A program made the position numbers and the translations under genes. A DNA stretch of 62,634 bases, the filler included, from Nitrospinota bacterium (GTDB taxonomy: Bacteria; JAUXIQ01), in NCBI GenBank assembly GCA_030620925.1. It is 12 parts of 12 records of this genome, joined end to end, with 100 filler letters (N's around TTAATTAATTAA, not from the genome) between each part and the next. Parts side by side here need not be neighbours in the genome. Positions count along the whole stretch, not along the records: positions 1 to 3,500 come from JAUXIQ010000309.1; positions 3,601 to 6,332 come from JAUXIQ010000415.1; positions 6,433 to 14,872 come from JAUXIQ010000066.1; 9 more parts are not named here. The stretch is one strand, 5' to 3'. Of the stretch, positions 1 to 10,921 are shown in pieces. Positions within the stretch are counted from its first letter, which is position 1; every line of letters begins with the position of its first letter. The notes beneath the pieces are model-generated. The model did not search any database and had not been told where the DNA came from. It saw nothing but the letters and a program-made list of their open reading frames with translations.

Positions 1-441
1 CACCAGGCCGGAGCCAACGACGTCCAGCGGTGGAGGCTCCCTGACATCCCAGATGCCGGCCCCGTTGCGCTCGGCGAGCTCCCTGAGCTGAGGGTCTTCG
101 GCCAGGGGTTGATGGAGGCCGTTTATAATGTCCATGCCCCGGGAAAGAGCGTAAATCAGGTCTTCCCGCCAGGCATCCGGCAACTGACCGCCGCGAGGCG
201 CTGTGCCCAGCAGCAGGGCGTCCGGCTCCAGGCGCGCGGCCTCTTCGATACCGGCAATAAAGGGAATATCCTTCCCCGCGTCCATCAGGTCGCTCACGGA
301 TTTACCCACCAGGCTGCGGTCTATGACCCCCAGCACATGGTTTCTGCCGTAGCGGATCACTCCCTCCGCCGTCTTGGAATGGCCGCGCCCGAACTCTTCC
401 TGGGCGTAAATAACCAGTTTTGTGCTCGGATCGTATACCAT
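1..441 (-). CDS. DUF1611 family protein (DgcN-like), N-terminal part; runs off the window
   Basis: Not in the ORF track (no stop in window). Hand translation from ATG 441 with GGAG RBS: MVYDPSTKLVIYAQEEFGRGHSKTAEGVIRYG...VIDRSLVG...LLLGTAPRGGQLPDAWR...IINGLH...IWDVREPP, the DUF1611 N-terminal pattern. Confidence 0.8.
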   Translation of the reverse strand, partial: MVYDPSTKLVIYAQEEFGRGHSKTAEGVIRYGRNHVLGVIDRSLVGKSVSDLMDAGKDIPFIAGIEEAARLEPDALLLGTAPRGGQLPDAWREDLIYALSRGMDIINGLHQPLAEDPQLRELAERNGAGIWDVREPPPLDVVGSGLV

Positions 442-769
442 GCTCCCGGCCCCCATGAGAAAATCGGGTAAAACAGTAAATCACCCCGTATATTATAAAT
501 AAATCACCGGGATGTTAATATACCTAATTTGAGCCCTATCCCGTTTTCCGCACATCGAAGAGACGAGCGACAAACGACAACTTGTTACACGCTCTACAAA
601 CCCGAGAATAAGAAACAGGGTGTGACACTCTGCTTGACAACCGTCCCCTTTTCTGCAAAATAGACGAAGGAATATACCCTTTTCTCGTGGTCGGTTTTCG
701 GCCCCACCGGGGATATCTCATATATCGATGAAAGAGAATTTCGTTAATTTTAGAGGAAGGAGTTCAGCA

Positions 770-1729
770 ATGAATAAAAAGAGAAGAAGGGGCACACCCA
801 TGATGGGAATGGTGAGCACCCGATTAGCCAACAGCACCATCCTGGAGAACATACTGAGCGGCGACGTCCAGTTCAAGACCATCTCCAACCTGGTGGACAC
901 CTACAATATCAGGACCATCCCCTGCCCCTTTACGGACAACTCGGCGCTGCCCGAGGCCATGGGATGTGAAGTATATTTTCAGGAGAACGCTCACGCTTCC
1001 CTGAAAACCCACCCCATCAAGACCAGGGAAGACCTGGCCCGGCTGAAGATACCCGATCCTCACAAAGACGGCAGGCTCCCCGAACACCTCAAAGCCGTGA
1101 AGCTCATCTGCGAGCGCTACCCCGACAACCCGAAGTCCGGCTCCGTTTCCGGTTCTTTCACGCTGGCCATACAATTAGGGGGGCTGGAAGACGTCTTGAT
1201 GAACACCGTAACCGACCCCGAGTTCGTCGATGAGCTGATAGACTTCTCCACAACTGTCAACATCGCGTGGGCCAGAGCACAACTCGAATTAGGCTGCAGC
1301 TCATTCTTCGTCGGCGATCCCGCGGCAAGCCTGCTCGACCCCAAAACCTACGTCAGGTTCGCCGGCGCTCCGGTCAAAAGGATGGTCGAAGAACTTCAGG
1401 TACCCTTGTTACTGCACATCTGCGGGGACACCACCCCTCTCATCGATGATATGTGCGCCACGGGCGTCAAGGTCATCAGCGTCGACGCAGCGGTAGACAT
1501 CAAAGCCATAGCTCCCCGCGTTCCGCAGGACGTGTTAATCCTGGGAAACCTCAATCCCGTGGGAACGATCAGGAACGGCACCCCGCAGGAAGTGGTGGAA
1601 GAGGCCAAAGCCATGCTGGACAGGTTGAGCGATATCCCCAACTGGCGTTTCTGCACCGGCTGCGATCTACCCCCCGATACCCCCATCGAAAACATCAACG
1701 CTTTGATGGAGGTTTTGGAGAACTACTGA
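770..1729 (+). CDS. Uroporphyrinogen decarboxylase-family protein, MtaA/CmuA-like corrinoid methyltransferase
   Basis: PDPHKDGRLP, GSFTLA, LHICG and final CTGCDLPPDTPIENI (HxC...C Zn ligands of the MtaA type); GGAG RBS before ATG 770. Confidence 0.75.
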   Translation: MNKKRRRGTPMMGMVSTRLANSTILENILSGDVQFKTISNLVDTYNIRTIPCPFTDNSALPEAMGCEVYFQENAHASLKTHPIKTREDLARLKIPDPHKDGRLPEHLKAVKLICERYPDNPKSGSVSGSFTLAIQLGGLEDVLMNTVTDPEFVDELIDFSTTVNIAWARAQLELGCSSFFVGDPAASLLDPKTYVRFAGAPVKRMVEELQVPLLLHICGDTTPLIDDMCATGVKVISVDAAVDIKAIAPRVPQDVLILGNLNPVGTIRNGTPQEVVEEAKAMLDRLSDIPNWRFCTGCDLPPDTPIENINALMEVLENY

Positions 1730-1752
1730 TAAGAGTGGTAATCAGACTTTAC

Positions 1753-1787
1753 AAAACAAAAGGGCAGGGCTTAACGCCCTGCCCTTT
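1753..1787 (-). terminator. Intrinsic terminator between convergent genes
   Basis: AAAGGGCAGGGC-TTAAC-GCCCTGCCCTTT hairpin with T-rich tail on the minus strand. Confidence 0.75.
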
Positions 1788-1828
1788 CGCGAGAGGAGGT
1801 AAAGAGAGGAGGAGGTAAATCGTCTAAA

Positions 1829-2137
1829 TCACTCGTCTGTTACTTGATTGTAACCCATGAACGCACCGCAGGTGTTATGCATCTGCTGCGCGGCCTGGTT
1901 CCATTCATCTTCTGTATAAGGCTGCTGCGTTTCCGGGTTAACGGGAGTCCCTCCCTGATGACCCTGCATGCCCATCCCCTGGGCACCGAAACCCATCATG
2001 CCGGAGCCCATCATTCCATGGCCGCCCCAGCCGGTGCCCCTATCGCCGTCCCTCAAGTCGTGCGAGAGCGCGTAACCGCCGGCAGATACCACCAGGGCCA
2101 AAATTGCCACAATAAAAATCGCCTTTTTCAATTCCAA
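1829..2137 (-). CDS. Small secreted Gly/Met-rich hypothetical protein
   Basis: Signal-peptide-like N-terminus (KKAIFIVAILALVVSAGGYALS), GMMG repeats, C-terminal MHNTCGAFMG; AAAGGAG RBS. Confidence 0.65.
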   Translation of the reverse strand: MELKKAIFIVAILALVVSAGGYALSHDLRDGDRGTGWGGHGMMGSGMMGFGAQGMGMQGHQGGTPVNPETQQPYTEDEWNQAAQQMHNTCGAFMGYNQVTDE

Positions 2138-2328
2138 GTCTCCTTTCTCGGTTTTTCGGAGCCCGGCGCCGGATATTTCCTGTTTTTGTAATTACCTATA
2201 TTAGACGCCTTCATGCTTTAAAAGGTTTACACCAATATAAATTTCAACCTTTTTTTTATGATTGTGGATAACTTCTCCCTCTGTTATCATCCCCTTTAGA
2301 TGCAAATCTTTGCGTGGAGGTAAACTCA

Positions 2329-3132
2329 ATGGATTTCCTGTGCAACGAACCTGACTCTTTCATTGACCCCTCCGTAATTGCCGAAAAACTACTGCGCAAA
2401 CGGGGCATTACCCGCGAGGAGATGGGGCTTCGCAAAACGGTGGTCTTCTCCTTTATAGAAGACATGAAAAAGCTCCTGCTGAACAAGCTCGACGTGAAAG
2501 AAGAGACCGACAAAATCTTTCGCACGCCCTTCTACAACAGCCCCGACGGAGATTCCCCCTTCTCCGTCATCGGAGACCCGGTGGGGGCGCCGCAGGCGGT
2601 CATTCTCATGGAACAACTTATTGGCTTCGGCGTGGAGAACATCCTGTTTCTGGGTCTGTGCGGAGGGCTTCAGGAGCATACTCACATAGGGGACGTCGTC
2701 ATCCCCACCCACGCCCACCGGGAGGAGGGCACCTCCTTTCACTACCTTCCCCCCGGCGTGATGCCCCATGCCAGCGGGGAGTTGGTCTCGGCCGTAGAGA
2801 ACAGTGCCGCTCAAACGAACCTGACCATACACAAAGGGCCCCTCTGGACCACAGACGCCATCTACCGCGAGACCAGGGCCAAGATAAACAAATTCAGACA
2901 GATGGGCGCCCTGGGCGTGGATATGGAAACTTCAGCGGTATACTCCGTGGCTCAGTACAGGGGTATAGAAGCGGCCGCCGTCCTTGTGGTCTCGGATGAA
3001 ACGACCGGCCCTGAATGGAAGCCCGGTTTCAGCTCGCCGCGGTTTCTGGAGACAATCGGCGCGGCCTGCGATCTTATCCTGGAGGCCGCAAGAAGCGTAG
3101 CAAAGGAAAGGGCGACGCCCGACGGACAGTAA
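2329..3132 (+). CDS. Nucleoside phosphorylase (PNP/UDP family)
   Basis: VGAPQA, GLCGGL, EEGTSFHY, WTTDAIYRET, VDMETSA, VVSD motifs; GGAGG RBS. Confidence 0.85.
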   Translation: MDFLCNEPDSFIDPSVIAEKLLRKRGITREEMGLRKTVVFSFIEDMKKLLLNKLDVKEETDKIFRTPFYNSPDGDSPFSVIGDPVGAPQAVILMEQLIGFGVENILFLGLCGGLQEHTHIGDVVIPTHAHREEGTSFHYLPPGVMPHASGELVSAVENSAAQTNLTIHKGPLWTTDAIYRETRAKINKFRQMGALGVDMETSAVYSVAQYRGIEAAAVLVVSDETTGPEWKPGFSSPRFLETIGAACDLILEAARSVAKERATPDGQ

Positions 3133-3133
3133 C

Positions 3134-3500
3134 ATGATACTGGTTATAGACAACTACGATTCATTCACTTACAACCTGGTCCAGTACCTCGGCGAGCTGG
3201 GGGCACAGATGGAAGTGCACCGGAACGACAAGATCACCCTGGAGCAGATAGCGGAGATGGCTCCGGAGAAAATAGTCATCTCGCCCGGCCCCTGCACTCC
3301 GAAAGAGGCGGGTATCTCAGTGGACCTGGTCAAAAAGTTCGGCCCCTTAACGCCCATACTGGGCGTCTGCCTGGGCCACCAGAGCATCGGATACGCTTAC
3401 GGGGGCGAAGTCATCCGAGCGCCTGAGCTCATGCACGGCAAGACTTCCATGATCCATCACCACGGTGAGGGCATCTACCGCGATATCCCCTCTCCTTTCG
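3134..3500 (+). CDS. trpG: Anthranilate/aminodeoxychorismate synthase component II (glutamine amidotransferase), 3' truncated
   Basis: IDNYDSFTYNL, SPGPC, GVCLGHQ, MHGKTS; could equally serve as pabA. Confidence 0.9.
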
Positions 3501-3600
3501 NNNNNNNNNNNNNNNNNNNNNNNNNNNNNNNNNNNNNNNNNNNNTTAATTAATTAANNNNNNNNNNNNNNNNNNNNNNNNNNNNNNNNNNNNNNNNNNNN
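3501..3600. other. Artificial contig linker
   Basis: N44-TTAATTAATTAA-N44. Confidence 0.98.
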
Positions 3601-3602
3601 AC

Positions 3603-4634
3603 GAAGAGCTTACCCCCGCTCAACAGAGGAGCCTGCAGGAAGAAATGAATCTCCAGGTAATCGATAGAGCACAGCTCATCCTGGAGATTTTCGCCAAGAG
3701 AGCCAGAAGCAGCGAAGGAAAGCTCCAGGTCGATCTGGCGCAGTTGAAATATATGCTTACCCACCTGGTGGGCAGGGGTATCACCATGTCGCGCCTGGGA
3801 GGGGGGATAGGCACCAGGGGGCCGGGAGAAACACAGCTCGAAGTGGATAGACGGAAAGTCCACCGCAGGATATATAAACTTGAGAGAGAGCTTGAGGCGG
3901 TAAAGAACAGAAGGCGCGTGCAGCGGAAGGGGAGGAGGTCACTACAGCTTCCCTCGGTGGCCCTGGTGGGATACACCAACGCCGGTAAATCGACTCTGTT
4001 CAATGCCCTCACCGATGCCGACGTGCTCACCGAAGACAAACTCTTCGCCACACTCGACCCCACCATAAGGAGGCTGCCCTTGCCCGATGGAGGCTCGGTG
4101 GTGATTTCCGACACGGTGGGCTTCATAAGAAAGTTGCCACACGAGCTGGTGGCGGCTTTCAAGGCCACTTTGGAAGAAGTGATTGAAGCGGACCTTATCC
4201 TCCATGTAATAGACGCCTCAAGCCCGCGATGGGAGGAACAGGCGATTATAGTGAACCAGGTTCTGGAGGAGATAGGTGCCGTGAACAAACCGGGCATAGA
4301 AGCGCTGAACAAAATAGACCTGGTTGAGAGCAGTCAGGAAGTCAAAAGACTGATCTTCAACTTTGAAAACGGTATCCCTGTTTCCGCAAAATATGGGCGG
4401 GGGCTCGACGAAGTGCTGAAAGCCATTCAGACCTCACTTCATGCGGTCGTTCGCCACGTGAAATACACCATCCCTTATGACCGTGGTGACATTATTTCCA
4501 TGCTGCATGAAAAAGGGAAAGTATTACGCAAGGAATACGGGCGGAATGCGGTGGTGATAGAAGCCGATATAGAACATCGCTACGCCGACACCCTTGAGCA
4601 GTTCGAAGTGAGGAAAACGGAAGGAAATGAATAG
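3603..4634 (+). CDS. hflX: GTPase HflX, 5' truncated
   Basis: ELTPAQQR..., [46 protein letters not shown]. Confidence 0.95.
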   Translation, partial: EELTPAQQRSLQEEMNLQVIDRAQLILEIFAKRARSSEGKLQVDLAQLKYMLTHLVGRGITMSRLGGGIGTRGPGETQLEVDRRKVHRRIYKLERELEAVKNRRRVQRKGRRSLQLPSVALVGYTNAGKSTLFNALTDADVLTEDKLFATLDPTIRRLPLPDGGSVVISDTVGFIRKLPHELVAAFKATLEEVIEADLILHVIDASSPRWEEQAIIVNQVLEEIGAVNKPGIEALNKIDLVESSQEVKRLIFNFENGIPVSAKYGRGLDEVLKAIQTSLHAVVRHVKYTIPYDRGDIISMLHEKGKVLRKEYGRNAVVIEADIEHRYADTLEQFEVRKTEGNE

Positions 4635-4846
4635 AGCCTGAAGCCGGTCTGTCTTATAATATAATTGATCCTCGAGGTACTCATGAAGTGGAAGCGTGGC
4701 GAGGAAGGCGTATTCATTTCCACCATTGGTAATAACTAAAACCTGATGTAACGGTTTGAGGGTTAATTCGTAAATGTCGGATATTTAGTATGAGAGAGTT
4801 TATATCTCGATAGACCCGGCACGAAGTTAAAGGATAGGGCATCAGT

Positions 4847-5419
4847 TTGAAGATGGGAAACAGTTACAGGAACATAATAATAATCGGCTTCAAGACCTGT
4901 GGCAAGAGCACCGTGGGGAAAGCGGTTGCAGAACGCGCGGGTTTGGAGTTCGTCGACTCGGATCAGGCCCTGGAAGAGCAGCACAAACGCAAAACGGGGC
5001 AGGCCGAAAGCTTCAGGGAAATCTATCGCAAGATGGGAAAGGAATATTTCCGAAACCTCGAACGGGAGGTTTTGAACGATATAGTGAAAGACAGGGAAGG
5101 AGTTATCGCCCTTGGCGGGGGAAGTCTTACCGAGGTGCCCGATCCTGAGGGGCTTCTGAAGGGGAGTTTTTGCGTCTACCTTTCTGTGGAGCCGGAGACA
5201 CTTTTCTCCAGAATAATGTCCGGAGGAATGCCCGCTTTTTTCAATCGTGAAGACCCTAAAGTTGCCTTCCGTGAGTTATACGAACAGAGGCTTCCGCACT
5301 ACAGACGATTAGCTGATATCATGGTGGATAATACGGACCGCTCGGTGGATGCTGTGGTGGATGAAATACTGGAGGAATTTGAAAACCGACGTTCCGGCGT
5401 CGGTCGAGGACAGAGCTAA
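4847..5419 (+). CDS. aroK: Shikimate kinase
   Basis: P-loop GFKTCGKST, DSD, FRxxE, GGG, RxxxY; directly precedes aroC. Confidence 0.9.
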   Translation: MKMGNSYRNIIIIGFKTCGKSTVGKAVAERAGLEFVDSDQALEEQHKRKTGQAESFREIYRKMGKEYFRNLEREVLNDIVKDREGVIALGGGSLTEVPDPEGLLKGSFCVYLSVEPETLFSRIMSGGMPAFFNREDPKVAFRELYEQRLPHYRRLADIMVDNTDRSVDAVVDEILEEFENRRSGVGRGQS

Positions 5420-6332
5420 ATGGCGGGAAATAGTATTGGAGAGATATTTCGGGTTACCACCTGGGGAGAATCCCACGGCCCGGCAATAGGAGCTACAGTA
5501 GACGGCTGTCCGGCGGGGCTGGAGTTGGATGCCGACTTTATCCAGAAAGAGCTTGAACGGCGCAGGGGCGGACAGAGCGCATCCACCACACAGAGGGCGG
5601 AGCCTGACCGAGTGGAAATCTGCTCCGGCGTTTTCGAGGGATACACCACAGGCGCCCCGATATCTTTGTTAATCAGGAATGTGGACGCGGATTCGACCGC
5701 CTACGAGGAGATAAAAGACCTCTACCGGCCGGGACACGCCGATTATACTTACGAGGCTAAATACGGGCGGCGTGATCATCGCGGCGGTGGCAGGGCCAGT
5801 GGCCGTGAGACTGCAGCGAGGGTGGCGGCGGGGGCGGTGGCCAAAACGTTGCTCAGAGAATACCAAATAATAATTTACGGATATACCCTGCAAGTAGGGG
5901 AGATTAAGGCGGGGAAGATAGACTTCGACCAGATTGAGCTGAACCCACTGCGGTGCCCCGATAACCATGCCGCCGCTAAGATGGAGGAACTGGTTGAAAA
6001 GGTCCGGGCCGGCGGTGATTCGTTGGGCGGCATCGTGGGGGTGACGGCGCAGGGCGTTCCGCCCGGTCTGGGTGAGCCGGTGTTCCATAAGCTGGATGCG
6101 GACCTGGCGGGAGCCATACTCAGCATAGGCGGCGTGAAAGGGGTGGAGTTCGGAATAGGGTTCGATGTTGCTGAGATGTACGGCTCCCAGGTAAACGACC
6201 CGATGGTTATGAAAGACAAGAAAGTGGGGACCATCACCAACAACCACGGCGGAATACTGGGGGGAATCTCCAGCGGGGAAGACATCGTGATGCGCATCGC
6301 CGTCAAACCCACCTCTTCCATAGCAAAGCCCC
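5420..6332 (+). CDS. aroC: Chorismate synthase, 3' truncated
   Basis: [40 protein letters not shown]. Confidence 0.97.
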
Positions 6333-6432
6333 NNNNNNNNNNNNNNNNNNNNNNNNNNNNNNNNNNNNNNNNNNNNTTAATTAATTAANNNNNNNNNNNN
6401 NNNNNNNNNNNNNNNNNNNNNNNNNNNNNNNN
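6333..6432. other. Artificial contig linker
   Basis: N44-TTAATTAATTAA-N44. Confidence 0.98.
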
Positions 6433-7190
6433 ACGCCCCCTGAAGGGCCGGAGAGTATGGTATGGACGGGCCTCTGTATTGCGCTTCCGGCGGTGATGGT
6501 GCCGCCGTTGGACTGCATCACCTTAAACGAGGGACTGCCGCTCTCCTTTTCCAGCCGCCCGATATATCTCTCCATGACGGGGGCCACGTAGGCGTTGATG
6601 ACGGTGGTGCTGGTCCGCTCGTACTCCCTGTATTCGGGGAGAATAACGTGAGACAGGGACAGGGGCACGCCCAGGGCCTTAAGCTCCCTTTGCAGTGTCT
6701 TTTCGTTGCGGGGATCGGCGTAGGAGAATAGGAGACAAACGGCTATTGACTCGACTCCGGCGCGTTTGAGCTTCTTGAGCAATGGGGCCAGCGCCGAGAC
6801 ACTCACTTTCTCCACCACCCGGCCCCGATGATCCGTCCTCTCGCTCACTCCGAAGCGCAAGGAGCGGGGGACCAATGGGGGAGGGCGGTCCACGGAGAGG
6901 TCGTAGATGCCGGCCCTTGTCTGGCGCCCTATCTCTATCACGTCCTCGAACCCGGCGGTGGTGACCAGCGCGGTTACCGCGCCGCTGCCGGTAAGTATGG
7001 CGTTGGTGGCCACCGTCGAGCCGTGTACAATTTCCCGGCGCTTTTCGGGGGGTGCCACATCGTCCAAACCCTGGAGCACTGCTACAGCGGGGTCCGAAGG
7101 AGTCGAGGGAACTTTATGTATGCGGACTCCCCCTTCTTCGATGATGATGAAGTCAGTGAAAGTTCCGCCTGTATCCACGCCGATTCGCAT
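6433..7190 (-). CDS. Hydantoinase A / 5-oxoprolinase family protein, 3' truncated
   Basis: GVDTGGTFTD, HGSTVATNA, EYERTSTTVINAY, SGPSGG. Confidence 0.9.
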
Positions 7191-7200
7191 CCGCCCGCCC

Positions 7201-7797
7201 CTACTCTCCGCGCATCAGTTCCCAGATGTCCAGACCGGCCTCACGCACCGTCTGCGCCAGCAGGTTGAGCGGCAGACCCACCACGTTGTTGTAGCAGCCC
7301 TCTATGCGCTTAACCATAACGGCGCCTTTCCCCTGAATGGCATAGGCTCCGGCCTTATCCATGGGTTCCCCTGAAGCCACGTACGCCTCTATTTCAGCCT
7401 CGCTTAAGGCTTCCAGCCAAACTTTGGTGGCGGCCGTCCTGGAGAGAGACAGCTTCTCCGCTGCGTGAACCAGGGAAAGGCCGGTAATCACCAGATGTTG
7501 CTTTCCGCTCAACACTCTCAGACATTCCGCGGCCTCTTCCGGCGAGCGGGGTTTGCCCAGCAGCTTCTCCCCCAGCACCACCACGGTGTCCGCCCCCAAT
7601 ACCGGGTGGTCTTCGTACTTGCGGGCCACCGACTCCGCCTTGCGTCTGGCGAGCAGGGCCGCGCTCTCCTCTGGCGCTAACCCTTCCTCGGTGGTCTCGT
7701 CAATCTGAGGGGGGACGACCTTGAAGGGGAACCCCAACTGTTCCAGGAGCTTTTGCCTGCGAGGCGAGCGGGACGCAAGAATAAGGGGAAGTTTCAT
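7201..7797 (-). CDS. maf: Maf family dTTP/UTP pyrophosphatase
   Basis: LASRSPRR, GADTVV, GKP, DKAGAYAIQG, VVGLP. Confidence 0.93.
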   Translation of the reverse strand: MKLPLILASRSPRRQKLLEQLGFPFKVVPPQIDETTEEGLAPEESAALLARRKAESVARKYEDHPVLGADTVVVLGEKLLGKPRSPEEAAECLRVLSGKQHLVITGLSLVHAAEKLSLSRTAATKVWLEALSEAEIEAYVASGEPMDKAGAYAIQGKGAVMVKRIEGCYNNVVGLPLNLLAQTVREAGLDIWELMRGE

Positions 7798-7849
7798 TTG
7801 CGTGAACGGTTTTATCCGATAATGTGCGGTTAACGTCCATTAAGTGTAA

Positions 7850-8368
7850 TCAGTAATACCTGACCACTTCGAACTTTTGTATCTCCACTTCTTCATCGGG
7901 CATGATATCCGCCTTCTGGCGGCAGATTTCTATCTGCTCCGCCACCGTCTCCACCCCTATGTCGGGAAGGAGAACCCCTTGTTGGTACCCCTTGGAGACG
8001 ATGATTCCGTACTTTTTAGGGTCAAGCTCGCTCACATCCTCTACCGGCTCCGGAAGGGTCAGCACATCCACGGTGATTCCCAACTGTTTCAATTCCGATC
8101 CGGTGACAGGATCGAAGCGGGGGTCCTTGGCCGCGGCGCTGACTGCGTTAGCGATTATCTCCTCAGCCAGGTTCTCTCTGACGGGCCTGATGGTCCCGAT
8201 GCAGCCACGCAGCCTCCCCGATTTTTTTATGGAGACGAACACGCCTCTGGGAGTTTTCTGCTCCGGGGGAAGGTTTTCGGGGGCGGCTAAAGTTTCCCCC
8301 GATTTAGTGTAATGGTCTATAGCCTCGATGGCCAGCTTCACGAAAGGGTGGTGCGGGTTTGTTTCCAT
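7850..8368 (-). CDS. AmmeMemoRadiSam system protein A (AMMECR1 domain)
   Basis: GVFVSI, LRGCIGT, DPRF, GVLLP. Confidence 0.9.
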   Translation of the reverse strand: METNPHHPFVKLAIEAIDHYTKSGETLAAPENLPPEQKTPRGVFVSIKKSGRLRGCIGTIRPVRENLAEEIIANAVSAAAKDPRFDPVTGSELKQLGITVDVLTLPEPVEDVSELDPKKYGIIVSKGYQQGVLLPDIGVETVAEQIEICRQKADIMPDEEVEIQKFEVVRYY

Positions 8369-8460
8369 AGGTCACCTCCCGGAGACTCAAGACGCACCTT
8401 GACCGCCCAATGATATTCAACAAACAATGAACTGATGTTCCTCTGTTTATCGTGCATTGT

Positions 8461-10029
8461 TCAGTGTCTGAAATGCCTCATACCCGTGAAGACCATGGCC
8501 ATCCCGTGCTCATCGGCGGCTTGAATGACCTCCTGGTCGCGGACGGAGCCCCCCGGCTGAATCACTGCGGTGGCGCCTGCTTCTTTGGCCACGTCGACGC
8601 CGTCCCGAAAGGGGAAGAAAGCGTCGGAGGCCAGCACCGTCCCTTTGAGGGAAGACCGGGCCTTCATCACCGCCAGACGCGAGGAGTCCACCCTGCTCAT
8701 CTGCCCCGCTCCTATCCCCACGGTGCGGCTATCAGTGGTATAGACAATGGCATTGGATTTGACCAGCTTGACCACCTTCCAGGCGAAAGTCAGGGCGCGC
8801 ATCTCCTCCGCAGTAGGCTCCCGCTGGGTAACCACTTCGAGCTTCGAGGGATCGAGGGTGAGCTGGTCTTCATCCTGTGCCAGAAGGCCGCCGCTCACTT
8901 TTCTGAAGGTGATCCCGTGAAAGTGGGTTGAATAAGGGGCAGCGGTTTCCCCTCTCATATCGATGAGGCGGATATTCTTCTTTTTAGTCAGTATCTCCAA
9001 TGCGGTGGAGGAAAAACCCGCGGCAATCACCGCTTCCACGAAGGTCGAGGAGAGCTCTTTCGCCGTTTCCTCATCCACCTCGCGATTCAGGCCCACTACG
9101 CTGCCGAAGGCGGAATCGGGGTCCGTTTCCTTGGCCTTTGTGTAGGCTTGGAGAAGGTCTTCAGCCACCGCCACGCCGCAGGGATTGGTATGCTTAATGA
9201 TGACCGCGGCGGGCTCCTCAAACTGGCGGGCGCCCGAGAGGGCGGCGTCCAGATCAAGTATATTGTTATAAGAGAGTTCCTTCCCGTGGAGCTGTTTTGT
9301 GCCCAGCAGCGCTCCCGCGGGCATGGGAGACTCTCTGTACAGGGCGGCCTTCTGATGCGGATTCTCACCGTAGCGCAACTCCTGTGCCCTTTCGAAACTG
9401 ATGTTGAAATATGGGGGAAACCCCTCGGCCTGGACTCCGCCGAGACTGGGGAGGAAAGAAGCTATAATCGAGTCGTAACGGGCGGTATGCTGGAAAACCT
9501 TGACAGCCAGTTTGCGGCGGGTCTCCTCGGAAAGCTCACCGCCCGATGATTCCAGCTCATCCATGACCGCCCCGTAATCATCAGGGTCGCAGAGGACGGC
9601 CACCCGGGTGTAGTTCTTGGCCGCGGCCCGCAGCATGCAGGGGCCTCCTATGTCTATTTTTTCAAGGGCCTCGTCCCTCTCCACCCCCCCCTTACCCACC
9701 GTCTGCTCGAAGGGGTAGAGGTTCACCACCACCAGGTCGATGGGCTTTATCTGGTGGGATTCAAGGGCTTCCCGGTCTCCCGGGTTCTCCGGCCGCGCCA
9801 GTATCCCCCCGTGTATCTTGGGGTGCAGCGTCTTGACCCTTCCCCCCATAATCTCCGGGAAACCGGTCACCTCGGATACCTGGACGACGTCGATGCCGGC
9901 CTCCTCGAGATGCTCTGCCGTGCCGCCGGTGGAGATGATCTCCACGCCCATGGCGTGCAGTTTTTGCGCCAGCTCCAGCAAACCCCGCTTATCGGAAACG
10001 CTCAAAATCGCTCTGCTGAATTTCGCCAT
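8461..10029 (-). CDS. purH: Bifunctional AICAR transformylase/IMP cyclohydrolase
   Basis: [39 protein letters not shown], terminal RHFRH. Confidence 0.98.
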   Translation of the reverse strand: MAKFSRAILSVSDKRGLLELAQKLHAMGVEIISTGGTAEHLEEAGIDVVQVSEVTGFPEIMGGRVKTLHPKIHGGILARPENPGDREALESHQIKPIDLVVVNLYPFEQTVGKGGVERDEALEKIDIGGPCMLRAAAKNYTRVAVLCDPDDYGAVMDELESSGGELSEETRRKLAVKVFQHTARYDSIIASFLPSLGGVQAEGFPPYFNISFERAQELRYGENPHQKAALYRESPMPAGALLGTKQLHGKELSYNNILDLDAALSGARQFEEPAAVIIKHTNPCGVAVAEDLLQAYTKAKETDPDSAFGSVVGLNREVDEETAKELSSTFVEAVIAAGFSSTALEILTKKKNIRLIDMRGETAAPYSTHFHGITFRKVSGGLLAQDEDQLTLDPSKLEVVTQREPTAEEMRALTFAWKVVKLVKSNAIVYTTDSRTVGIGAGQMSRVDSSRLAVMKARSSLKGTVLASDAFFPFRDGVDVAKEAGATAVIQPGGSVRDQEVIQAADEHGMAMVFTGMRHFRH

Positions 10030-10115
10030 TTGGATAACCTTCAATCAGGGAGTGTCTCAGAGAAAATAGACGGTGTGCGACTGTAACGAAAAACTACCAT
10101 GAGGCATGCGCTCTG

Positions 10116-10871
10116 TCAAGGTTCCAGGTCTTCCAGCTCATACATGAGGATGGAGAGCAGGGCCAGCGAAGCTGTATCCATGCGCAGTATTCGAGGGCCG
10201 AGGGAAACCGTGATATACCCGTCCCCTCTGGCGGTCTCCACTTCTTGAGGAGCGAATCCCCCCTCGGCGCCCACCAGGATATTCACCTTCTCCGCGCCTT
10301 TTGTGCCGGAGAGAGCCTGTCTCAGGCTGTTGGTTTTCTCCTCTTCGTATAGCATAATTTTAAGATCCGTCTCTCCATGATCCTGAAGCAGCTCCGGGAG
10401 GGTCTTTATGGAAGTAACCTCGGGAATAGTGAAGCGGGAACATTGTTTGGCGGCCTCGGCGGCTATCTTTCGCCATCGCTGGAGTCTCTGCTGGGCTTTA
10501 TCCCCTTTCAGGCGGCTCACGCATCTCTCTGTTTCGAGGGGCACGATGGTTGCCACCCCCAGCTCGGTGGCCTTTCGTATGATGGGCTCCATGGCCTTCC
10601 CCTTGGGGACGGCCTGAACCAGCGTTACCGCAACTCCGCGGGCGGAGATACTCTTCTCCGCGGAGACGATGGAGCATTCCACCTCATCCTGCGACGCTTT
10701 TTCTATGCGCGCCAGGTGGCTCCGGCCCTCGCCGGTTACCACTCGGAGGGTATCCCCCGGCCCCAGCCTGAGCACCCTGACTATATGCCTGGCATCGGTG
10801 CCGGATATGATAAACCGGCCGCCGCTCATAAGGGAAGGGTCTACGAAAAACCTTTTGCGGTGTCGGGACAT
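10116..10871 (-). CDS. rsmE: 16S rRNA m3U1498 methyltransferase
   Basis: HIVRVLRL, KATELG, EAAKQC, GAEGGF, LGPRILR. Confidence 0.93.
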   Translation of the reverse strand: MSRHRKRFFVDPSLMSGGRFIISGTDARHIVRVLRLGPGDTLRVVTGEGRSHLARIEKASQDEVECSIVSAEKSISARGVAVTLVQAVPKGKAMEPIIRKATELGVATIVPLETERCVSRLKGDKAQQRLQRWRKIAAEAAKQCSRFTIPEVTSIKTLPELLQDHGETDLKIMLYEEEKTNSLRQALSGTKGAEKVNILVGAEGGFAPQEVETARGDGYITVSLGPRILRMDTASLALLSILMYELEDLEP

Positions 10872-10921
10872 AGTTCGGGAAGGAATAGGCGTTATCAGCC
10901 TTCATTGGCCCTCAAGGGCCG

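Noticed and set aside
109-471. 120-aa plus-strand ORF
   Set aside because: Shadow of the minus-strand DUF1611 gene
1790-1819. GAGAGGAGGTAAA duplicated, resembling a double RBS
   Set aside because: Lies between convergent genes with no credible plus-strand gene downstream
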